NCBI GenBank assembly: GCA_010356995.1
Contig: ML996692.1
Coordinates: forward strand, 383,933-447,932
Source of the DNA: Trichodelitschia bisporula
Taxonomy: Eukaryota
Direction: 5' to 3'
DNA length: 64,000 bases
This document shows positions 47,679 through 62,442 of the stretch, one piece after another. Every line of letters begins with the position of its first letter. The first letter of the stretch is position 1. The position numbers were made by a program, and so were the translations under genes. The notes beneath the pieces were generated by a model that was not told where the DNA came from, made no database searches, and saw only the letters and a list, made by a program, of their open reading frames with translations.

Positions 47679-49663
47679 ATGTAAGATCCCCCATCGGCCC
47701 TGATCCATCGCTAACTAATACTAGGTATACAACTTCATTCGCCTTCTTTGAGGCGCTATGGGAAGCCGGTATCACGCATTGCTTCGGTATGCTTCACTAC
47801 TCGACACCACGCTCTCACTGACCTCCCAGTGAACCTGGGCTCTGACCACCCCAGCATCCTAGAGGCAATGGTGAAGGGCCAGCGCGAGCATACGGATGTC
47901 TTCCCACAGATAATCACCTGTCCAAACGAAGTACGAACCACCCACCTCCTTCCCCTCGGCCAGCCACTAACTCCCCGTAAAGATGGTCGCCATGTCCATG
48001 GCCGACGGCTACGCCCGCCTAACCAACAAACCGCAATGCGTAATCGTCCACGTCGACGTCGGCACGCAGGGCCTCGGCGCAGCAATGCACAACGCAATGA
48101 CGGGCCGCGCGCCGGTCCTCGTCTTCGCGGGCCTCTCGCCGTACACCCAGGATGGCGAGCTCCGCGGCAGCCGCACGGAATTCATCCACTGGATGCAGGA
48201 CGTACCGGATCAGAAACAGATCGTAGCCCAGTACTGCCGGTACACCGCCGAGATCAAAACGGGCGTCAATGTCAAGGTGCGTTGGGTGTGGACGGGAAAC
48301 GAGCGCGCGGCTGACGGAGACAGCAAATGGTGAACCGCGCTTTGTCGTTCGCTATGAGCGAGCCCAAGGGCCCGGTGTATCTATATGGCGCGCGCGAAGT
48401 CATGGAGCAGGAAATCCAACCATACCACCTCGACAAGGCGCATTGGAAGCCCATCGAGCCCGCCGCGCTCCCTCCCGCCGGCGTGACCCTCATCGGCGAC
48501 GCACTGATTGCGGCCCAGCGTCCACTCCTCATCACCGGCTACAGCGGGCGCAACCCGCAGGTCCCCGGCGAGCTAGTCAAGCTCGCGAACACGATCAAAG
48601 GCCTGCGGGTCCTTGACACAGGCGGCTCTGACATGTGTTTCCCAGCAGACCACCCGTAATCCCCCCCTCCCCAAGCCCAAACCCCTCTAACCCTTCTCGT
48701 AGCGGCTGGCTAAGCGTCCGGTACGGCAACGAAGACGCCATCCGCACCGCGGACGTGATTCTCGTGCTCGACTGCGACGTCCCCTGGATCCCGACACAGT
48801 GCAAACCCGCGACTAGCGCACGCATCTACCACATCGACACCGACCCGCTGAAAACTAACATGCCCGTCTTCTACATCAACGCGCTGGCACGCTACCGCGC
48901 CGACGCGCACCTCGCCACGCAACAGCTAAACAGCTACATCAGCAGCTCCGCGGCCCTGGTGCCCCGTGCCGCCGCCTACGCTTCCCGCTGGGACGCGCTC
49001 GTTGCGGACCACGCGCAGCGCCTCCAAGCGATCGCGCTGCAGGCCCAGCCGCTGCCGAATGGGCACTTCCAGACGCCGTACCTGATGCGGCGCCTGCGCG
49101 CGCTGTGCCCGGCCGACACGATCTGGGTCGTGGAAGCCGTGACGCAGACCTTCGCCGTCGCAGACCACATCCAAGCCTGCGCACCAGGCTCGTGGTTCAA
49201 CTGCGGCGGAGGCGGGCTGGGGTGGAGTGGGGGCGCTGCGCTCGGTATCAAACTCGTGACCGCGAAGTTCGTAGTCCAGATTGTCGGGGACGGGACCTTC
49301 CTCTTCTCCGTGCCGGGGAGCGTGTACTGGATCGCGCGGCGGTACGGGATTCCAATCCTCACCGTGGTGTTGAATAATAAGGGGTGGAATGCGCCGCGGA
49401 AGAGTCTCCTGCTTGTGCATCCCGAGGGCGAGGGGAGTAGGGTTAGTAATGAGGAGATTAATATCTCGTTCAGGCCGACGCCGGATTATGCAGGGATTGC
49501 GAAGGCGGCGGCAGGGGGGGGGATTTGGGCGGGTCGGGCGAGTACAGTGGAGGAGTTGGAGAGGGTGCTGCCTGAGGCGGTGGATTCGGTGCATAGGGGA
49601 CGGGCGGCGGTGTTGGATGCGCAGCTGGATGGGTCGGATGGGAAGTTTGTGGCTAAGATTTGA
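47679..49663 (+). CDS. Thiamine-pyrophosphate-dependent enzyme (acetolactate synthase/benzoylformate decarboxylase-like)
   Basis: MYTTSFAFFEALWEAGITHCF|VNLGSDHP, E|MVAMSMADGYAR, HVDVGTQ, TPP motif GDGTFLF..VLNNKGW; multiple short introns. Confidence 0.92.
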
Positions 49664-50293
49664 GGATGGCGGTTGAGGGGGGGTGGAGTGCCGTGGCTGG
49701 GCTGGCGTGATACTATATGTCCAAGGGAGGGTTGAGATTGAAATTGGCTGAACCCTCATCTATCCTATTAGGTAGACTACGACACTTTGTCAACCCCATT
49801 TCGTTGATAGCCTTGCCGTTGTAAAAAGGCACCCTTCCATATAACGCCGGCCAGTCCCCCCTTCTTCGCCAGCCTGACTCCACTAGAGCAGAACCTGTCA
49901 CTGTAACATGTCAGAGCTGATACATTGTTAATGCAGTCTCATGGCAACACCGTCCCACAGAGTATGCGGGTACGAGAGATCGAGATGGCATAAAAGGTTG
50001 GTCATTACACCTCTCTAAGACTCCACTTGCGTCTAGAACACCGATCGCTTTTTCGAGTCCTGTTGTACAGAATGAATACCAAAGAGGAACATATAAGATC
50101 CCCAAAAAGTTGCCGCAGCAACGTCAACCACTCACCGAGAAACGCCGAACAAATGCCCCACACCTTCCTCACCGATCTTTAGACCACATCCCATTCACAG
50201 TCGGCTTCGGAGAAGGTCATTTCGGGCCGCCGCGACGGCCATAACGGGTGTAAAACAAAGCAACATAGCAAACGCGTAGATCAACCCGAAAAT

Positions 50294-53200
50294 CTAGTGC
50301 CTAGCTGTAATACCACTGCGCTCGGTAAACATGCGCGGGGCAATGTTCATGCTCATCAACTCCTGGAAGAGCAACTTCGCCGCATACGGCATGAAGACCT
50401 GCGCAATTTTGGTCTTATTTTTGCAAGGCCGGCACTCAAACTGCTGCTTCTTTATGCTCCTATAAACAGTTAGCAATGCACGCAGTAGTATGCACCGGGA
50501 AACGTACGCAACCGGCGTCATCAGGCCACAAATCTCGCAAACGTGAACCCGATAGGCGTCCGAGACTTCGAAGAGGCGCTCCTTGAGGAAAGCCGCAGCA
50601 CCATGGGCAATCATGCAATCACGTTCCATCTCTCCGAACCGAAGGCCACCGTCCCTAGCGCGACCTTCTACGGGCTGGCGAGTCAGAATCTGCACGGGTC
50701 CACGGGCACGCGCGTGGATCTTGTCGTCCACCATGTGGCGGAGGCGCTGGTAATAGGTCGGACCGAGGAAGATCTGGGCGCGAAGCTTCTTGCCGGTGTG
50801 GCCATTGTACATGATCTCGAAGCCGCGTGACTGGTAACCGCTCTCGCGGAGCAAGCGGGACACGTTGGTGACCGTGACATCGGTGAAAGGAGTAGCGTCA
50901 CCCTCGCATCCACGGAGGGATCCAACCTTGCTGAGAAGACACTCAATCAAATGGGCGATCGTCATACGAGACGGAATGGCGTGCGGATTGATGATGATGT
51001 CAGGAATGATTCCTTGACGGGTGAACATCATGTCTTCCTGTCGGTAAGTGATACCGATGGTGCCTTTCTGCCCGTGACGAGAGGCGAACTTGTCACCGAT
51101 CTGGGGAACCTTTGTCGTCCGAGTACGAACCTTGACGAACTTCAGACCCTCCAGACTGGTGGTGAGAATCACTTGATCGATGATGCCGTTCTCGGTTGAC
51201 CTTAGCGGAGTAGACGCATCGCGCTTGATATGCAGCTTTGTCCGCTGACCCAATTCTTCAGCATCGGGAGCAATAGGCGCAGTCTTGCCGATGATGATAT
51301 CTTCGCCAGACACCCGAACACCTGGGGCGACAATACCATCGTCATCCAGCTTATCGTACGTGCCATGCTTGAGACGCAGGGTGTCGCTCCGCTGAGGCTT
51401 CTCGAAGTCCTCGACGATGTTCGCACCCACACGCTTCTGAGAGTCGGTGTAGGTACGATAGAACAGACTGCGGAACAAGCCGCGATCAATGGAGCTCTGG
51501 TTCATGATAACCGAATCTTCTTGGTTGTAGCCGGAGTAGCAGGCGATAGCCACGATTGCGTTTTGACCGGCAGGAAGTTCCCGGAACTTCAGGTACTCCA
51601 TGGACCGAGTGGTAGCAAGCGGCTTCTGCGGGTAATAAAGCACGTTGACCATCGTTTCCATACGCATGAAGAAGTTGGTCAACATGATGCCCATAGCCTG
51701 CTTTCCCATAGCAGACTGGTAGGTGTTACGCGGAGACTGCTCATATTAGCGACATCATTAGACATGCAAACAGACATACCTGGTTGTGATCAGGGAACGG
51801 AATGATGCTCGCGCAAACGCCAAGGATCATGCTGGGATGAATCTCGCAATGAGTGTAGTTCTTCACGTTGGGATTCGGCTTGGCCTTCACTCGAGCGTGC
51901 GGATCGTCGTTGGAGCTATAAATCGGCTGGCCCGTCTTCATCTGGTGGTGCTCGTCAAGATCGTCGGGCGTCATGATGATCATAGCACTCTCTTCTTCTT
52001 CCGCGTCCAAGTATTCCACGACGCCACTCTTGATAAGGTACTTCCAACCCAAGTCCGATTGTTGCTCCTCTGAGAGAGGAGTCCGAGGCATCTCAGAGAT
52101 CTCGCGGTCCGCTTTAATCTTTTCGATGTGATCGCGCTTGAGCACCAGATAGCCCTTGCTCGCGCTTTGTGGATCATTGTCGACAACAAATAGCGGCCGA
52201 CAGATGCGACCAGCATCTGTAAAGATGCGCAACTCACGGTCGCGAATATCGCGGATGATGCTGACTTCCTCAGTGATCGTGGTACCGCGGATTTTGCGAA
52301 GGGCGCGATGCAGAGTATTGGGATCTCGGTGAACACCGACCCACACCCCGTTGACAAACACCTTGGTCGCATTGGGACTAGTTGCTTGGTCGTATTCCTC
52401 AAGGAGATCCATACCGCGCGAGATCATGAAGTCGACGATAGGCTCGCCGGGAGAACCAACGGTGACGTAGCACATCAGTGAGAGGTTCTTCACCAGACCA
52501 CAGGCTTGCCCCTCCGGCGTCTCAGCCGGACACACCAGACCCCAATGCGTGTTGTGAAGTTGGCGTGGTTTTGCAATCTTTCCATCGCGCCCAACAGGTG
52601 TGTTTGTGCGTCGCAAATGCGACAATGTCGAAGCAAATGTGTACCGGTTGAGCACCTGCGAAACTCCGGCTTTGGAAGACGCCGCTTTTTTCTGTTCTCC
52701 CCAGTTTCCAGTTGCGAGCGAGTACTTCAAGCCGTTGGTGATGGTCTGACCCCTGACAGCCAACAGCATGTTGAACTCGCGACCGGTCTCAACACACCTC
52801 TGCAGGTGCTTGAGAATGTCCTTCTTCATTTTCGAGAACATCTGGCGGAAGAGCAACGCCATAAGCGGTCCAGCGAGATCAAGACGCTTCTTGCCAAAGT
52901 GGTCACGGTCATCCTCCTCTCGCCGACCGAGAGCGACCTGAAGCAGCTTGTGGATAACATAGCCCAGGAAGTAGGCCTTGCGAGTCTCACTACCCTCTTT
53001 TTGTGAGATATGCGGCAGGAATTCCTTCTGCAAGATATCCCGAGCATATTTGATACGCTTATCGCGCGCGCCCGCCTGGCTACCACGCTTTCCGATAAAA
53101 TCCAGGGCAACCTCTCGGTCTTGGATAATAAATGCCTCCTCTAAGCAGGGCTGCAGCAGTTCAAGCATGGCGGTATCGTTCTTGTCTCCAACAATGTGAG

Positions 53201-54143
53201 TCAGGATGTCCTCGTCGGAAACAACACCCAGGGCCCGGAAGACGAGCACGATGGGAATGTCCGCTTTGATGTATGGCAGCGTCGCCTTGATGGTCTTGCC
53301 GTGGCCACCCTTAGCTTTCTCACCTTTTTCGAACATCTTGACCTGCATGCTCGACAACAGGCGGGAACCACGCTCAGCAGCGCTCCGGATCTCAGCAACG
53401 AAGGGGGTTGGACTCTGCTTCTTTTTGAACACCTGGACGATGTTCGATGCGCTGCGCTCCTGGGCAATCAATACTTTCTCGCTACCGTTGATGATGAAGT
53501 ATCCGCCCTGATCGTATGGACACTCATCGTGGGCGAACAAGATTTCCTGTGACTTGCCCTTCAGTCCGCAGAACGAGGACTTGAGCATTGCGGGCATGCG
53601 ACCAATGTGCGGCCGGATCTGTTCGGCGCTAGGCTCGTCCTCCCGCGTCCAGTAGAGACCAGCGCTACCGGCTTCTGGGGGTTCTTCGTCGTCGTCCTGA
53701 CCGCCGACCGGCCGCTCGCGCGCGACCGAAATCTTCTTGTCCATATACATGTACATCGGGCAGGAGTATGTGAGGTTGCGAAGGCGCGCCTCGTTCGGCG
53801 AGACCGACGTGTTCGAACCATCATTCTCAGTGATGAACGGAAGGCCAACAACGAGTTTGCCGAACATGATCTCGAAACGCCGTTTGATGATCGGATTCTC
53901 CTCGTCGTCCGAAGGGGGAGAGTTTTGGTCAAGGATCAGATTGTGCTCTTCGGCGATGATTTCCTGCATTTGACGAATGACAAAATCATCATAGGAATCG
54001 ATTTGTTGGGCGACCAAGCCCTTTTCCTCAAAGAAAGATGAGATCACAGCCCAGCAGTCCTCCGCCGTGATGAGGTTGTCGTCCTCATAGTCATCGAATT
54101 CCTCCGGGTAGGGATCGATCTCCATGTTATCCGTCGTTGCCAT
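50294..54143 (-). CDS. RPB2: RNA polymerase II second-largest subunit
   Basis: [70 protein letters not shown]; introns ~51738-51780 and ~50460-50505. Confidence 0.98.
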
Positions 54144-54979
54144 ATCGGAGTATTGGAGGCTTTGGGCCCAGGAGCTCCAAGGAATGGGGGTTTGTTTTCT
54201 GACGGGCGGTTTCGCGCCAGAGCGCGTACCGAAGTCAAAGGCACTGCTGTCAGCGCAAGTCGGCGGCTCAAGTTGGAGTTGTAGTGCTTGAGTTCTTTGC
54301 GAAGAGATGCTATCGTTAAAAGGACGGTGATGTGAGTTGAGAGAAGGGTGGCAAGGTGTGGTGCGAAGAGGATGGTTGATGCCGCGTTCAGGCACACGAA
54401 AGAAGCGTCGGAGGCGGACTTGCCCCTTGGCATCCCTTGGCACCGGCGCGGATGCGGGGAAATAAAATGCCGCAACAAAGCGGGGTGCAGGGGTTAGGTG
54501 CACGGATCTTGGCACTCACGGGGCTTTGGTGACGATGTGCTCTCGTTGGATTCCCCAAGTACGGTAGCAATGGCAAGGCAGATATATCCTTTTTCTTTTG
54601 AGGCTAGCACGCGCAGCTCCATCTACGACTAGCTGTCATTCAGTCATCTGCGCGGTTCCCGAAAGTGTATCATCGCGTCCTAGCATCCGACATGTGCCAT
54701 AGCCCAGATGTTCGACCCCGCAGCACCAGGCTATTGAGGGGTACCAGGGAGCACACCACGTTTTAATCAAGGCCTTTTATGGAGTAGACGACTAGATTAC
54801 AACTACGAGCGGGCAGCAGGTGAACTCGGGTTTCGTTTCATAAACTGCTTTGAAGTATGCCCGCTGTCACTGGCCATAAGTCCTCGTCGCCATCCTATGC
54901 TCCTGACAACGGTGTCATCATGTCCCCTCGGCCAGTGCTGGTACCACGCATCTTCCGTCTATCCATGCCCCACGACAAC

Positions 54980-55440
54980 CTAGCTGTGTACACCAGGGGC
55001 TCCGGCTCCAGGACCGTTGTTCGGGTTGCGTTCACCTTGCCGGCCACCAGCCTGCAGAACTGTCAGTACACTGGACTGCAACCGGATGCTGATAAAACAT
55101 ACCTTGGCCTCCTGAACGTCACCCTTCTCCAGGATCATCTTAACAACATCATCTTCGTTCTTGGTGCCGAACTCGTTCTCCAACGCGGCGTTGGATGCAC
55201 GATCTAATTGGCCTTGAATACCCTGCCTGCATAATGTCAGAGGAGCCCAGCAAATCGTTTACGTTATGTTAGTACGTACTTGTGCGTGCAGAAGACCTGA
55301 AAGCTGTTGACTACATCGACCAGAGGGACTGTCTTATCGCCCTTCCACTTCTGAACAGCCTCGACACTCTCCGCGATGACAACGAAGTCGTCATCGGTAC
55401 CCTGGTAGTGGACCTTGGCAACAAGGGAGTCAGCGCGCAT
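54980..55440 (-). CDS. RTC3: SBDS N-terminal-domain protein RTC3-like
   Basis: KVHYQGTDDDFVV..WKGDKTVPLVDVV..FCTHK|QGIQGQLDRASNAALENEFGT; two introns. Confidence 0.85.
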
Positions 55441-56173
55441 TGTGATGGTATTTGAAGGAGATAAAGAGTTGTTTGCGTGTGTGGTAGAGGGGTTGGAAGT
55501 CTGTGAAAGAATCTTTTTGGAGGTACAGTTGGGGAAAGACTTTACTTGGATGGAGTGATGATGTGGTATGGGAGTGTGGGGCCTTTTGAAGGAGCGTCGG
55601 GAGCTTGGGCCCATCGAATGACATCATGGGCCAGGATCACACGCACACATGCCGGACATAGAAGGCTGACCCCACAGGAAGCCAAACAAAGAACACGAGC
55701 CCAAATGGCCATGATTGACAGAGCCTTAATTGCTGCATGTATAGTGCAGACCGGGAGGTTTCTCCGCTTGTAAGGTCAAATAGCGCCCAACGTCATGGAG
55801 TTCTTGGGCGCTGATGCGTCGGCCACTGTGCCCTCCTTGTCGTCATAGGCGGTCTGTGAGCTTCCCAAGAGTGAGCGCAGATCATCTCCCAAAATGATAA
55901 GCCGGAAAGTGAGTTATTGAATATCTCGTCAAGACTACACTCTACTGGTTCAGACAGCAAGCAACAGCTTTCCCCCAAAAGACGTGGTGCGGGTACCTTG
56001 CATGCTCCCATGTTTCAAGGCCCTGTTTCCAGAACGATCTACACTGTTGTCCTTCAGACACCTGCTTTGCTGTTCATCCCAATCAATTCACCAAAAGGCA
56101 GCACTTCGCTCCGTGACGCCAATTTCAAAGAAAACGTAGCACTTTTTGCCGATTCCGAAAATCTTCTTTCCAC

Positions 56174-59100
56174 TCAGCTTTGCAGCCATCGGAACAACCG
56201 ACTGCGGGACTTCGTTGGGCCTCTCATCGGTCCCACAGTGGATGCGAGAGGCGAGCTGGATTGCAGGGGCTGTTCATGATGGAGAACAGTTCTATCACTC
56301 CGCGACGAGGATGAGCTTAGACCTGTGTTTCCCTCGCGCCGTGGGAGACTCGGAGTAGTGGGAACGGGGCTTGGGATAGCCATGTCTTCCGGCAGTGATC
56401 CATTGCAACGTCCTATGGGTGTAATCGGTCGGGAGATGGCAGACTTATCATTAATGCCAGTGGTCCGTATGCCCTGCCGCCGCCGCTTCCGGGTAGAGCC
56501 GCCCTTCTCAAGCGTGTTAAGAGTGAAATCTTCGGGAAGAAAAGCCGCAGGGTCGGTGTGGAAGTCCACTCGCTGGTATCTGCTCGAGGCGCTGCTGTGG
56601 GACTGCTGATAGCGCTGTGATGGGTAAGCGTCGTCCATGCGGCTGCTCACGCTTGTGTAGCTGGCCGACCGCTTGGAAAAATTGCTGGTTATGCTCACCA
56701 TGCTCAGTTTTCGCATGACCGTGTTGATGGGGTTTTCGGTCCTGCGAACAGCAATGCCGGGATACGGGAGCGCATGCCTCGACCAGACGTCTGTCAATGC
56801 CGTTTCTAATCTGATCCGCTCGTTACGTCGTGGTGCCAGGGTCGGGATGTGAGTTGATGAAAGGTGCGACTGTGAACGCGTAACTAAAGGGCCCTTTTCG
56901 GATGGCTCATCCGAATGCCTTTGAGCCTCGGTATTTTTGATAATGACCTGATGCATATTGGTGTTGGGACCAACAGTGGCTGCACGGTGAACAGGCATGC
57001 GCCGTGCAAATCTGTCATAGCCGAATGCTGCACCCAGGGGCTTCATGTTGAGGCTTATGGAGCAAAATAGATCCGTCGTTGTCGTGCGGCCTTCGGAGAA
57101 GTCCAATGTTTCGGCTGCGACGCGGGAGCGCAACTCGGTCTTCCACACCTGTTCTTCCTTCTCTGAACAGGCGCTCATGATGATCTCATATTGCTGGTAT
57201 TCGAATTCGAATACAAGCTTCCAAGTGTATGGGGCCGTGTGGCATTGCAGCCCTGTGAATTTTAGCCACCACCAACTGGTGTGGAGTGGCTTACACACCT
57301 CGGCCGTTATCAGGAGCCTCTACGACACCGTTCAGCAATGGTATGACCGCCATAACCGTGTATTTGCCAGACTCTTTAGCCGCGACACCCAGCACGAGAC
57401 AGGAGCGGTAGAGTATGCAAATCATATACTGCCCCTTTACCCGATCGTCACCTTCGTAGGCTACGTGAAGGGCACCGCACAGTAGGACATGGCCAAGCAA
57501 CCGCATGACTGCTTGCTTGGCGAGCCCGCACTGGTGAGAGTAAGTAAACGGAATAAGACAACCAGAAAACATTACTGTGTCTTGAAAAATCAGGCGGTCT
57601 TGCAGGCGCCAGGAGATTTCGATCAGTTGTCTAGTCGTAGGGTTATCCGTCGCTCGGTTAATTTCGTCCGCAGTCTCGCACAGCTTTTGGCGGACCTTGC
57701 CTAACTCCGCATTCGCAACCGGGTCGTCACAGGCCGGCGTCTCCTTTTCAAGATTCTTGAAGAACAACGAGTACTTCAGAAAGTGCTGTACAGGCTTGAT
57801 CAGCAAGTCGGCAAAGGTCAGTCCTTTGTGGCTGTTTGCCTCCCGACCGTTGATCGAAGCAGTGGTCGTCGCAAGGACCTCGATTCCCCTTTCATAAAGC
57901 CGCCAACTTGGAATGACTTTCATAGTCGATGCCGCATCCCGGTCCATCAGCTCGTTGTGGGCGACGTATGCCTCGTATGTCAGGAAGCGGCCCATGAACT
58001 TGTCGAAGACTTGAGCAACCTTCATCACAGTACCAGCGTCGGCCGTCATAGGTCGCTGGGCAGACACCACAGCATCAATAGAATTGCGATACCGCCGAGG
58101 ATTTGCCCTCAAGTTGGCGTAGGACGGCATGCGCTCCTCACTCATCCATCGCTTGTGGACTGGTGCCTTTTTATGCCAGAGGGGAACTGCGTCATCATGT
58201 GCATACTCGGCATTCGGAACAGCTTGTTGTAACTCGACCAGAAGTTCTGAATGCAGCTGGACCAGCTGCGTGATGGAATGTTGGATGGACTTTCGCCTCT
58301 GGGCCGTTAAAGTGGGAACAGTTGCTAGAAGCGTGAAATAGACCTGACCAAGTTATTGAATAGCCGGCGAAAAGGCGGCCCAACTTACGTTTGATAACGC
58401 TTTCAAGTCGCCAAGGTAGCTTTCCTCTGTAGAGACGAGCTCGTTTAAAATTCTCTGACGCTGAAGTGCCCTGAGCCACGCCTTTTCGTCAAGAATCGGT
58501 CCAAGGGATGGCGTCGCGCTGTCCGTCGACATCCGAGTTTCCGAGGCCGAGCCATTACGGAGCCTTGATTGTGAAGGCCTTTGAGATCGCGCAGCAATAC
58601 TCGTGCTGGCAAGCGTCATGGTAGCTGACTGGACAGCCGTCACAAGTCCAAGCGACGATGACAAGGAGGCAGTTTGACCCAGGCCATATAATCGACCACT
58701 TTGCGGGCGCTGAGTTAGCACAGTCTGTGTCTTGAAGTTTACGTCAAGCGTCTCCACGACCGCTTTAGACTCAAATGCTTTCTTTCTCTGCGTGTTGCGC
58801 TTCCTTAGAGTGCTGAGCCATCTCTTGAAGGGCACGGTAGTTGGTCTTGGACTATCCTGGCCATCGGGAAGACTGGGCTGGAGCTGCGATTGTTCACCAG
58901 CAGGGTCGTCAAACACAAATCGGATAGGCGCTCCGGCAATCGCTTGTTCTTCGTATTCATCAGGATCCTCGTACCCGGAAAGAGGCGATCCTGGCGACTT
59001 CGAGCCCGTGTAGTCCATATCACTGCTTGCGTCGAGGTTGTCGAACCCTCGTACTGGGTTCACATGCCGCAGCTGCATGCCAGAATGCCAACTAGATCTC

Positions 59101-59393
59101 AACGGTGTGCGGTCGGAGGCACGTCGAGAGAGGAGGCTTGCGTCGAACTCGTGAATGAGGTTAAGGAGCGGCCGAGGATGAAGCTGAGGCGACGCATTTT
59201 CGCTACCGTTTCGCCTAGTCGCGCGTGGAAAAGTCGAGATAGAATGCAAGGACGCCGCCGATGCGCTCCGAGAGCTGTTGGGGATGGGGCCCGCTGACAC
59301 ACTCTCTGCAAAGGACGAGCACGACCGCATGAACGAAGAATCAGTGAAAGGCCGATCCAGCGGGTTTGTTGGCAAGGAGAGGACATAAGCCAT
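56174..59393 (-). CDS. RhoGEF (DH domain, followed by a PH-like region)
   Basis: RQRILNELVSTEESYLGDLKAL, LTFADLLIKPVQHFLKYSLFF, LLGHVLLCGALHV; multi-exon. Confidence 0.85.
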
Positions 59394-60165
59394 GATCAGT
59401 ATGGGTGAAGAGGTGATTGCCACGAGACAGTGGAGAGCCCGCGCATGGACATGAGACGAGAATGCGGCGATGGAATCTGGGCTAGATGTGACATGAGCGA
59501 TGAGTTGAGCTCAGGAAAGGACAAATGCTTCTGTTGTATCTGGAAGGCCGTTAGGGTGCTTACAGCCTTCTGAGTCCCCAATGCTGGGGTAAGTACTTCT
59601 GGAGCGGTGAAGTGGTGACAGGCAGTCGTCACGATATCAGGGTGCCGGCCACGACGATCGAGACACACGATCGAGACACGTGCTGAAGCTTCAGATCTGG
59701 TACATCATCGATAGGATTTTATGACCGACAGGATATGTGAAAGTGTCATTCTTGAAAGCCTATTTGACGTCGTTTCGACATGATGACCATTTTGCAACAG
59801 GTATCGTCCGGAGTGATAGATATGAGCCACAAGCTTTCATGCGCAGTGGCGGACTTAGCCTTTCCCCATCCTAGCTCTTCCGGTGATGCTAGCTTCCCGT
59901 GAACTGGTCGTGCTTTCCGCTTCGTCATCCTGGATCGATCCCCTTGATTGAGGAAAACCAATCTGGAGCGTTGGAAGTCTTGGTGTTTGACCATTCGACG
60001 TCGGCCCGGATCATCATTCCGGAACGGTTCCCTCCCCCCTAGCAGTCCAACCCCTCGTGACATCATTGGCTAGTGAGCTCTTTGGTGCCTGTTCGCGTCC
60101 CCCGCGCGTTCAGTGACCGTGTCAACCGCGAACATTCGATCTCCATTGCACAAAATAGGCCGAAT

Positions 60166-60997
60166 ATGGTTATGGGCTCTCGAATGGATAACTTGCATGC
60201 TCCCACGGTCGCAGCGACTACAAACGGTTCATCGAACGGAGTTCCTGCGTCGCAGCTGAATTTCCAGCAGCTCCTCGCCGAAAAGGACCGCCTGGAAAGC
60301 GAGCTGTCAGCGCTGAGCGCCGTCCTTGACTCTGTAAGAACCTCCTCGCGTTTCGCGGTCAGCTTCTGATTGCGTATAGCATGGCGTTAACATGAACACG
60401 GGCTTGACCACTTTCGATGGCTATCCGCGAGCCGACCTAGATATCGCACAGAGTACTGTGCTCTGATCCTCCTTTGGTGGACTGTGTTGACGTACACCCA
60501 GTAAGAACGACGCGAGCGCGGATAATACATCTGAAGAACGACTACAAGGCTCTGTTAGACGCGCTTGAGAAGCAGGTTCACGCCAGATTTGCTGAAGCAG
60601 CAGCCCAACCGGCGACAGTGCAGTCCCAGGCCGAGCCCTCGATTCCACAACCGATGGAAGATACATCCACACCTTTTGCGCAGGTCAACGGCGTCAGTCC
60701 AGGCAGCCCGGCTGAAGCTGCTGGACTGCGGGTAGGCGACAAGATAACGCGGTTTGGAACCGCTAACTGGCTCAACCATGACAAACTGGCAAAGATTCCG
60801 GAAGTTGTGGCGCAAAACGAAGGGGTATGGAGCGCATCTTTCCCGAGAGCTAGTGCTAACGGGTGTAGCGTGCGGTAGCTGTAACGTTGTTGCGCGAAAC
60901 ATCTGACGGCACAACAGAGCGCGTGTCTCTCATAGTTACGCCGCGGCCAAACTGGGGAGGAAGGGGGATGCTAGGTTGCCATTTGCTTCCCTTGTAA
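60166..60997 (+). CDS. NAS2: 26S proteasome assembly chaperone Nas2/PSMD9 (PDZ)
   Basis: HGVNMNTGLTTFDGYPRADLDI, IIHLKNDYK, PFAQVNGVSPGSPAEAAGL, WGGRGMLGCHLLPL; three introns. Confidence 0.93.
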
Positions 60998-61591
60998 GCA
61001 GCAATGCAGGGCGACCTCCTTCAGGATGTGGTCTGCAGTCACTGAGGGCTGATATGCTCTACTCCCGATGACTCGAACAGGGCATCAGGCCTTTAACGAG
61101 AAAGAGACAGTTGGTCAAGAATACAAAGCACAAAGTATGTGCATAGAAAAAATCCACTCACCATCATTCAAGGGATGAAGCGTGCGTGTCAAAACAATCC
61201 GTGATGCCCGGGAGGACTTTCTAGAAGTACTCCTTCATCCAACTTTGACTGGACCAGCACACGACCCAGTCGTGCCAGTTTGAGGTGGCGCCAGTTTTGA
61301 CGTCGTTGCCTGGCTTCCCCCTCTGATGCCCAAACTTCCGCTTAGTCATGAATACTTGGCATTAAGCCCTGGACAACAACAAAATCTCCCACCAGCCCGC
61401 AGTCGCCGCCCCACTACACACACATCCCCCCCTCAACCTTCTCTATCGCACAACCCTCCATCGCCGGCATCTCAACTTGTAAGTACACAAACTGTGGAAG
61501 AGCTTTTATTGCAATTTTCCTCAGCCCTTGCATCGCTTACTGACCATTTGACATAGCGTCCAGCCCACCTTTCCCACGTCACAAACACATT

Positions 61592-62442
<851 letters not shown>

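Noticed and set aside
54144..54515. 124-aa N-terminal extension of RPB2 in the ORF track
   Set aside because: Starts at a non-ATG codon; the first ATG and the conserved sequence begin at 54143.
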